From positions 62,001 to 126,000 of the forward strand of contig NIVC01002246.1 in NCBI GenBank assembly GCA_002269645.1: DNA of 64,000 nt, given 5' to 3'. Below the pieces are notes generated by a model, which had not been told where the DNA came from, did no database searches, and was given only the letters and a program-made list of their open reading frames with translations. Every line of letters starts with the position of its first letter. Position 1 is the stretch's first letter. Below are positions 56,401 through 64,000 of this stretch, piece after piece. Source of the stretch: Macrostomum lignano. Its lineage: Eukaryota. The translations under genes and the position numbers were made by a program.

Positions 56401-58861
56401 CTGTCAGCCCATCTCCACATCCCAGGTGGAAGATCGGGAAGCCGCCTGCGAGCGACTCCGCGGCGAGATGCGCTCGGCCAAGGCTGACCAGCAGCGGCTC
56501 TCGGACTCGGTGCAGTCGGATCGCAGCTGCCTGTCCCGGGCTCTGCAGCAGAACCGCGATCTGAAATCCCAGCTGGAAGAGCTGCAGACTGGTTTTGTGG
56601 CGGCTTCGAATCGCGGCGCCGAGCTCACCCAGCAGCTGCAGGCTGAGCAGCACCTGGCTAAGGAGCTGGCCAGCCGCCTGGGCGAGCAGGAAGACGAGCT
56701 GCGCCAGGATCTGTCAGCTCGGGAGGAAGAGCTGCGAGCTGTCAAATTGGCCTATCAGAGCGCTAGGGAGACTCTGCTGTACCGACAGCCGGTAAGACAC
56801 GCTTGTCTGTGTATACTGAATTTCTAAGTTTTCGATACATATCGGTAGTGTATGTTTCGTTGTAAAATTGAATTTCAGTTCACTTCGGTATGCAGCATCA
56901 ATATCAAGTTGTATAGTAATTACGGTTAAATGTTTATATTCGATAGCTTGTACTTATCGGCGTAGTTAGGCAGTATATTATTTTTTCGATACATATCGGC
57001 ACGTGGCTCATTTTACTGCAATAGCCTTCTGTATATATGCAAAAATTTGTCCTATCACTAGGATATTTCGATGCATGTCGACTTTTAAACAACCCCTATG
57101 TTATCTTTCGATACATATCGGCTATTATACAATCCTATTCTAGTTTTATGTCATGCTATTTTAACTTTCGATACATATCGGTTATACGAGATATAAGATA
57201 ACCGTATTTTTGTTCTTTTTCGATACATATCGACAGTTATATAACCCTGTGTTAACTTTAAATGTTATTTTACTTTATAATAACTTTCGATACATATCGG
57301 CTATTCCAGGACAGTCCCGGCGCCGTATCGGGCGCTTCGCCGTCAAGTGCCGACGCGGCCGCTGCCGTTGAAGCTCAGCAGCGGCTCAGCCAGGAGCTGG
57401 CGGCTGCCCAAGCTCGCGTCAATCAGCTGACGGCCAGCAACAGTGAGCTTAAGGCGCTGCTCTACCGTAGCCAGCAGCAACAGCAGCAACAGGCTTCGGC
57501 CACATCAAAATCGCAGGCCAATACGGCCAACTCCGAGGATGAGGCACCAACAGCTGCCGCCGGAGCTGAGGTAGTCGACGGCGGCCGGTCCCGCACCCAG
57601 TCCACGGCCACCCTGCAGACCAGCGTTGACCAGCTGGAGAGCGAGAGAAACGCTCTGCTGAAAACTGTGGAAGAGTTGAAAGCCAACGCGGCGGCTGAGG
57701 CTGCCAGCCCGTCCGATGCTGCCGCTGTGCCGCACGTCAGCCGGGCGGAGTTCGAGGAGATGCAGCGAGCGCGCCGTCAATTGGAGGAGAAATTTCATCA
57801 GGCTATGGATGTGAGGCGCTTGTAATTGTTTTGTTTGTGTTAGATGGTTCGGTGATTGACAGAGTGATTGCATGATTGATTGAGCGATTTCATGATTGAT
57901 TGACTGATTTCATGACTGATTGAGTGATTTCATGATTGATGGAGTGAGTTCATGATTGATTGAGTGATTTCATGATTGATTGACTGATTTCATGACTGAT
58001 TGAGTGATTAAATGATTGTTAAAATGATTTCATGATTGCTAAAGTAATTTCATGATTGACAGAGTGATTTTATGATTAATAGAGTGATTAAATGATTGAT
58101 ACAGTGATTAAATGATTGATAGAGTGAATAAATGATTGATAGAGTTATTAAATGATTGATAGAGTGAATAAATGATTGATAGAGTTATTAAATGATTGAT
58201 AGAGTTATTAAATGATTGATAGAGTTATTAAATGATTGATAGAGTTATTAAATGATTGATAGAGTGAATAAATGATTGATAGAGTGAATAAATGATTGAT
58301 AGAGTGAATAAATGGCTGATCCTTTACCCCTTTCAGCGAGTCGCCCAACTGCAGGACGAGAAGGAGCGCCTTGAGCACACCCTGATGCAGCTGGAGATTG
58401 AGACTGAGACCATAGGCGAGTACGTCACCCTGTACCAGTACCAGCGGTCCCAGCTGCACCAGCGCGAACTGGAGAAGGAGGCCTCCCTGACTCAACTGGC
58501 CGCTGAGAAGGAGCAGATGCGGCTTAAGTTGTCCGAGTTGGAAACTCTCGTTAGAAATCTGATGCATTCCCAGCCTCAGCAGCAGCTTCATCAGCTCCAG
58601 AAATTGGCATCTCAATCTCCAGACTCCTCGACAGATGCGGCCGCAGAGTCGCTTCATCAACAGCGACCCGTTATGGAAGGAGTTCACACCAGCTTTAGCA
58701 ACCCTCAAAATGGTTCTTCTGAAGAACCACCAGTGCAGCAGCAGAGTCTCGCAGCCAATCGCATACTGGACATCATCTCCCAGCTGCATGATGACGCCAC
58801 AAAGGATTCTGTCCACGTTATGCAATGCTCCTGTTGTCATGGTAGCGTTATCGATCTTTGA
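45562..58861 (+). CDS. GOLGA2: Golgin subfamily A member 2 (GM130), about 972 aa
   Basis: Exons 45562-45615, 52475-52934, 53124-53272, 53697-53909, 53990-54205, 55632-56066, 56426-56791, 57310-57810, 58337-58861 (2919 nt, in frame). Motifs: SRIEKIASAKKR|LQKFRDQ (p115-binding N-terminus), QTIGMLVAEKTEL, LEHTLMQLEIETETIGEYVTLYQYQR, terminal CSCCHGSVIDL, and coiled coil throughout. Confidence 0.9.
46590..47160. repeat. ~55-bp AT-rich tandem repeat
   Basis: TGAATTAG.AAA.CTGCTTTTATCCCT.AAGCATAAGGAAGTACAATTGAACAG, about 10 units. Confidence 0.9.
47540..48740 (-). mobile_element. Degenerate Ty3/Gypsy LTR retrotransposon integrase relic in GOLGA2 intron 1
   Basis: Frameshifted fragments: LHSLPYCGHMG...C..C (HHCC), IDILGP, KYILTYID, IYSDQGKQF, YSPWANGQAESCN, TGFSP, and a downstream GPY/F-like segment. 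Confidence 0.85.
49536..51299 (-). pseudogene. Decayed single-frame acidic repeat ORF ((LPDTNEQP)n then (SADDFSD)n)
   Basis: ATG 51299 and ORFs 50586-51092, 49740-50477 and 49536-49739 all share one frame. Interruptions include CAG>TAG changes inside repeat units. Confidence 0.35.
51940..52375. repeat. 28-bp minisatellite GGGCCAGCCTCCCAGATCCTCAGTTGTT
   Basis: Direct inspection. Confidence 0.95.
53325..53655. repeat. (GACA)n microsatellite
   Basis: Direct inspection. Confidence 0.95.
54235..55592 (+). repeat. 19-bp minisatellite GGCTGATTGATGGTTGCTA
   Basis: Fills GOLGA2 intron 5. Confidence 0.95.
56146..56355 (-). repeat. Same 19-bp minisatellite in inverted orientation
   Basis: TAGCAACCATCAATCAGCC units in GOLGA2 intron 6. 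Confidence 0.9.
56830..57299. repeat. Regularly interspaced palindromic 15-mer array TTTCGATACATATCG
   Basis: Copies start at 56830, 56984, 57066 (variant), 57106, 57166, 57218 and 57285, separated by non-identical AT-rich spacers. Confidence 0.85.
57850..58315. repeat. 20-bp minisatellite ATGATTGATAGAGTGAATAA (degenerate)
   Basis: Direct inspection. Confidence 0.9.
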
Positions 58862-59414
58862 CAGGAAGAAAATCAATATTTTATCTATTTATCGATTTTT
58901 TTTGTTTCTTCTGTCCCGATCGCAATAGAATTAATAATTTATTATGATCACAATCATTCATATATATGTATGTGTACATGTGGTGTTTTATTGAGCCCCA
59001 TATTGGTTTCAGTTTATTCGGTTTTAGTGTCAGTAAGTCTGTTCTGCGGCCTAATGTGTTTTAAATCGCGTAATGATATATTGTTTGGTGCCAATGAGCC
59101 TCAGGAGTGGCTGGCCTCTATTCCTCTGATACGTGCACCAACTGACTGATCTGGTTTAATAATTTGTGTTCCCTTTGCTTGGTTTCTTCAACTTTCAAAT
59201 TGTTGCGCGTCTTTCATTCTACTGCGGCCAGATAAGAGACATAGAATACGTTCCTTGTTGTAGGTCTGCATCTGCCTTGCTATGTTGCTCATAGTTGTAG
59301 CATCAATATCAATATGCTCCGCTCCACTTTTCTGTGGTTTCAGGTAATCTAATAATTTAATATTGTGTTTATGATGTTTTTTGGATAATCGCCATGAGGG
59401 AAAATTGCCCCGTT

Positions 59415-59560
59415 CCCCTTAAAACGGGCTTAAGGGAAACCCCCTTAATGGCCTTGAGGGAAACCCCCTTAATGGCCTTGAGGGAAACCCCCTTAATAGC
59501 CTTGAGGGAAACCCCCTTAATCGCCTTGAGGGAAACCCCCTTAATCGCCTTGAGGAAAAA
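59415..59560. repeat. 24-bp minisatellite CCTTGAGGGAAACCCCCTTAATGG
   Basis: About 5-6 units. Confidence 0.85.
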
Positions 59561-60094
59561 TTACCCTATCATGAAAATCGCTTAGTAAATATAAATACAC
59601 TAAATTTTCCAAGATTCATAAATCGTATTATTTATTTACCTGCTATATTTTGTTTGAAATTGAAATATTCACGTTAATTTGTTTCTCTATTACTGACAGT
59701 AAGCTTGCTTGCTTCGGCAGTGCTGTTAAGCATTCTGCACTGTCTATTCATTTTTAGTGCCTGTGTTCTGTTCTGTTCTGTTCGAAACTTTTCTTATAAT
59801 TGTTTTTGTATTTGTTTGTCTGCTTGTCTGTCTGTCTGTAATAGCTGGTGACTGATACTTCATGGTCTGTGTTATAAGCTGTCCGAGTCATCCTTACTTT
59901 ATTTATGGTTTTGAACATCAATTTATGAGTAGTTTGAGTAATTTTAAAATCTTGAATAAAAACTAATTCCGATCATTGATGCTGATGAATAGTTTTTGTG
60001 CTTTTAATTAACAGCTTATGGTCTTGTTATTTATAACATTTTGTTGTTAGTGATTATCTAGAACTGCTCAGTGATCTGACTCTCGAGCCAAGGT

Positions 60095-60540
60095 TTCTTG
60101 GTGGGCGCCCCTGTCTCTTGGTTGGCGCCCTTAACTCTTGGAAGGCGCCCCTGTCTTTTTGCTAGCGCCCCTGTCTCTTGGTTGGCGCCCCTGTCTCTTG
60201 GGCGCCCCTGTCTTCTCTTAGTGGGCGCCCCTGTCTCTTGGTGGGCGCTCCTGTCTCTTGGTGGGCGCCCCTGTCTCTTTGTTTGCGCCTCCTGTCTCTT
60301 GGTTGGCGCCCCTGTCTCTTGGTGGGCGCCCCTGTCTCTTAGTGGGCGCCCCTGTCTCTTTGTTTGCGCCTCCTGTCTCTTGGTGGGCGCCCCTGTCTCT
60401 TGGTGGGCGCCCCTGTCTCTTGGTGGGCGCCCCTGTCTCTTAGTGGGCGCCCCCTGTCTCTTGGTTGGCGCCCCCTGTCTCTTGGTTGGCGCCCCTGTCT
60501 TTTTGGGTGCCCATTTATCCTGAAGGGCGCCCCTGTCTGT
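60095..60540. repeat. ~20-bp minisatellite GGGCGCCCCTGTCTCTTGGT
   Basis: Direct inspection. Confidence 0.9.
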
Positions 60541-60855
60541 GGATGCCACTTCCATTAGGTGTGCAAAAGTGGAGTTTGGTTGCCTCTCTTATTTAGTTTT
60601 TAGAGGTACATTGGGGGACCCCTGTCCACCCCCTCAATCTGCATAATGCCGCTGGTACAGACAGTTTCGCACACAACCTACCTTCTAATATGGATTTTTT
60701 GCATAATTGTCCTACTTTCAGTGTCTGAAAACGCATTTTATTACTCATCAAAGTAGTAAACATAGTATTTTTTATTATTTTTCAGACAGCAAAAATCGTT
60801 CAGCATTGAAGAGAAACAGTAAAGCAAACAGAAATTCCAACAGCTCACCATTTTT

Positions 60856-63800
60856 ATGGATCCATCGCCCCAGGCGGACGTGCAGAAACTGCAGGATCTG
60901 GTTCGCAAACTCGAAGAACAGAACGACCGGATTAGGTCCCAGCAGCAGCAGCAGCAACAGCAACAGCAGCTTTCTCCCACAGTTAAGTTCCCTCCGCCTC
61001 CAGAATCTCCGCCTCATCATCAGCATCGTCAGGGGTCGCCCTCGGCGAACTCTCAGGCGGGGTCCCATTCCGCTCGGCACAGGCGAATCTCGTTCAGCGA
61101 GTGGGATCTGGACCCAGCCGCTGCCGGCGGGGATGAGGAGCAATGGCTGTTCAGGTCTCAGCATCTCAGCTCCAGCCTGGCTGCGGCCAGGGGAGGTCAG
61201 AGACCCCTGCCCACCCTGGACTGGCTGGCTGGCTCCGCTAGTGGCGCTGACGGCTACACGGTGAGCTGATGATTGTTTGACTCTCACCCCTGACTCTCAT
61301 CTGATCTAACCCTTAACTCTCATGTGATCTCACCCCCTGACTCTCATCTGATCTCATCCCCTGACTCTCATGTGATCTCACCCCCTGACTCTCATCTGAT
61401 CTCATCCCTTGACTCTCATGTGATCTCATCCCCTGACTCTCATCTGATCTCATCCCCTGACTCTCATCTGATCTCATCCCCTGACTCTCATGTGATCTCA
61501 TCCCCTGACTCTCATGTGATCTCATCCCCTGACTCTCATGTGATCTCACCCCCTGACTCTCATCTGATCTCATCCCCTGACTCTCATGTGATCTCATCCC
61601 CTGACTCTCATCTGATCTCATCCCCTGACTCTCATCTGATCTCATCCCCTGACTCTCATGTGATCTCACCCCCTGACTCTCATCTGACTCATCCCCTGAC
61701 TCTCATGTGATCTCATCCCCTGACTCTCATCTGACCTCATCCCCTGACTCTCATATAATCTCACCCCTGACTCTCGTCTGATCTCACTCCTGAATCTCGT
61801 CTGATCTCACCCCTGAATCTTATCCGATCTCACCCTGACTCTCATTTGATCTCACACCCTGGCTCTCATCTGATCTCACCCCTAGCTCTCATCTGATCTC
61901 ACCTCTCTGACTCTCATCTCATTTCCGTCCTCTGACTCATATCGTCTTATCACCTGACTTACTCTAATCTCATCCTAATCTCAGCTCTCTAATCTCAGCT
62001 GATCTCAGACTCTGTTATCCGATATCGCAGTTCAGAGCCGCGTCTGACTCATTTAATTGAATCTGGAACTCGCCAAACCCCAGACGCCAGACGCCGGTCA
62101 GCACCTGCGGCACAAACGCGGCGGCAGCAGCCTGCTGGCCAAGCTGAACGAACTCGCCTTGATCGGCCGCCTCGCGCCCTGCAGCCCCGCCTCGCCCGTT
62201 GCCCCCGCTGCTGCCACCGAGTTCAACAGTCCATCAGCTGCTGGCTCTGATGAGCGTCAGCGTCCAGACGGTCAATCGTCGCTGTACCGCCAGCTGAACT
62301 CCCCCGCTGCCGCAGTCAGTAGTGCCAGCGGCAACAACGGCTACTCGTCAGCTAGCGGGGCATCTCCGGGATTCGATTCCAGGACCTTCCGCCGGCCGCA
62401 TTCTCGCGGAGTCAGCGCCGGAACCGCGCCGATTGGTGCTGGAGGCGGAGGCGGAGGCTACGAGGATTCAGCTGACGGTGGCATCGGGGCATCGACGAGC
62501 TCGCAGGAGCGGCTGCACGACCTCACGGATGTGCAGATTGTGGCCAAGATGCAGATTGATGCGCTGAGGCAGCAGGTGGGTTTTAAGGATGCCGTGCTGC
62601 GGGATGGAGGGGTTGAGGGTTCAGGGTTGTGAAGGGTTGAAGGGTCAGTGTTGGGAAGGGTTGAAGGGTCAGTGTTGGGAAGGGTTGAAACGGAAGGGTC
62701 AGGGTTGTGAAGTGTTGAAAGGTCAGGGTTGTGAAGGGTTGAAGGGTCAGGGTTGTGAAGGGTTGAAGGGTCAGGGTTGTGAAGGGTTTAAGGGTCCGGT
62801 TTGTGAAGGGTTGAAGGGTCAGGGTTGTGAAGGGTTGAAGGGTCAGTGTTGTGAAGGGTTGAAGGGTCAGGGTTGTGAAGGGTTGAAGGTTCAGGGTTGT
62901 GAAGGGTTGAAGGGTCCGGTTTGTGAAGGGTTGAAGGGTCAGGGTTGTGAAGGGTTTAAGGGTCCGGTTTGTGAAGGGTTGAAGAGTCAGGGTTGTGAAG
63001 GGTTGAAGGGTCCGGTTTGTGAAGGGTTGAAGGGTCAGGGTTGTGAAGGGTTGAAGGGTCAGTGTTGTGAAGGGTTGAGGGGTCAGTGTTGGGAAGGGTT
63101 AAAAACGGAAGGGTCAGGGTTGTGAAGGGTTCAAGGGTCAGGGTTGTGAAGTGTTGAAGGGTCAGGGTTGTGAAGGGTTGAAGGGTCAGGGTTGTGAAGG
63201 GTTGAAGGGTCAGTGTTGTGAAGGGTTGAAGGGTCAGGGTTGTGAAGGGTTGAAGGGTCAGGGTTGTGAAGGGTTGAAACCGAAGGATCAGGGTTGTGAA
63301 GAGTTCAAGGGTCAGGGTTGTGAAGTGTTGAAGGGTCAGGGTTGTGAAGGGTTGAAGGGTCAGGGTTGTGAAGGGTTGAAGGGTCAGGGTTGTGAAGAGT
63401 TGAAGGGTCAGTGTTGTGAAGGGTTGAAGGGTCAGGGTTGTGAAGGGTTGAAACCGAAGGATCAGGGTTGTGAAGGGTTGAAGGTTCAGGATTGGGAAGG
63501 GTTGAAGGGTTGGGTTGTGAGGGTTGAAGGGTCAGGGAAATCCAACCTATAACAGTAGCAAAAGTCAGCTTGGACTTTTGATGCACAATGGCAGGTGAGT
63601 CGGTCGCGTTCGCAGCAGAGCATAGCCAGTTCGACCGGCTCAACTGACGATTTGGCAGCCTCTCAGCCGCATCAGCAGCAGTCGCACCAGCTGGCAGTGG
63701 GGGCGGCAGGACCGGCTGGGCTGCACCACTCGGCACCTGAGAGCGGGCATCAGCGGCAGCGCAGGACTTTGCCAGCCAGGCCGGCCCAGCACCAGCTGCA

Positions 63801-63912
63801 GCACCAGCGGCCCTCGAGCGCGATGGGCCAGGCGTACAGAGGCGCCTCAGCTGCTTCTGCCCAGCAACAGCAGCAGTATCACCATCAGCAGCAGGTGCTG
63901 GCTCAAAGTGCC
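60856..63912 (+). CDS. SLAIN-like: SLAIN motif-containing microtubule plus-end protein (SLAIN1/2-like); probably continues beyond the window
   Basis: Exons 60856-61260, 62084 (or 62031)-62575, 63595-63912. N-terminal DVQKLQDLVRKLEEQNDRIRS and internal LHDLTDVQIVAKMQIDALRQ match the two conserved SLAIN blocks as recalled. Confidence 0.8.
61275..61990. repeat. 24-bp minisatellite CTCATCTGATCTCATCCCCTGACT (SLAIN intron 1)
   Basis: Direct inspection. Confidence 0.92.
62600..63535. repeat. 24-bp minisatellite GGGTCAGGGTTGTGAAGGGTTGAA (SLAIN intron 2)
   Basis: Direct inspection. Confidence 0.92.
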
Positions 63913-64000
63913 GTATGTTTGTAGTTCATTATTGTGTTTAAACAGCACATTTTAACAGCGCTTGAGTCTAAACTGTGCATTCACTGACTCCCTTCACCGC

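Noticed and set aside
56830-57299. Bona fide CRISPR array
   Set aside because: Eukaryotic intron, 15-bp repeat (short for CRISPR), irregular spacers, and no cas genes or leader.

Overview
Eukaryotic (metazoan) genomic DNA. GC-rich, Ala/Gln-rich exons sit between introns almost all filled by intron-specific mini- and microsatellites; this style suggests the flatworm Macrostomum (inference only). Splicing exons by hand gives five protein-coding genes. (1) A divergent IP3-receptor-like Ca2+ channel on the minus strand, about 35 exons from ATG 30902 to 1419, running off the left edge. (2) An intronless DNAJB9/ERdj4-like J-protein with an upstream UPRE. (3) A PTP1B/TC-PTP-like tail-anchored phosphatase with an unusual ~460-aa acidic repeat N-terminal extension. 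(4) GOLGA2/GM130, whose short first exon lies 6.9 kb upstream. (5) A SLAIN-motif gene running off the right edge. Mobile DNA includes a deleted Tc1/IS630 element, a Gypsy integrase relic, a SINE-like family and a TSD-flanked insert in a tRNA-like head. Most long ORFs in the supplied track are repeat artefacts. The most unusual structures are a CRISPR-like spaced palindrome array in a GM130 intron, inverted minisatellites flanking an in-frame GM130 exon, minisatellite units that carry splice sites, and a perfect 120-bp foldback at a predicted microexon donor. Exon boundaries are manual predictions without transcript data.
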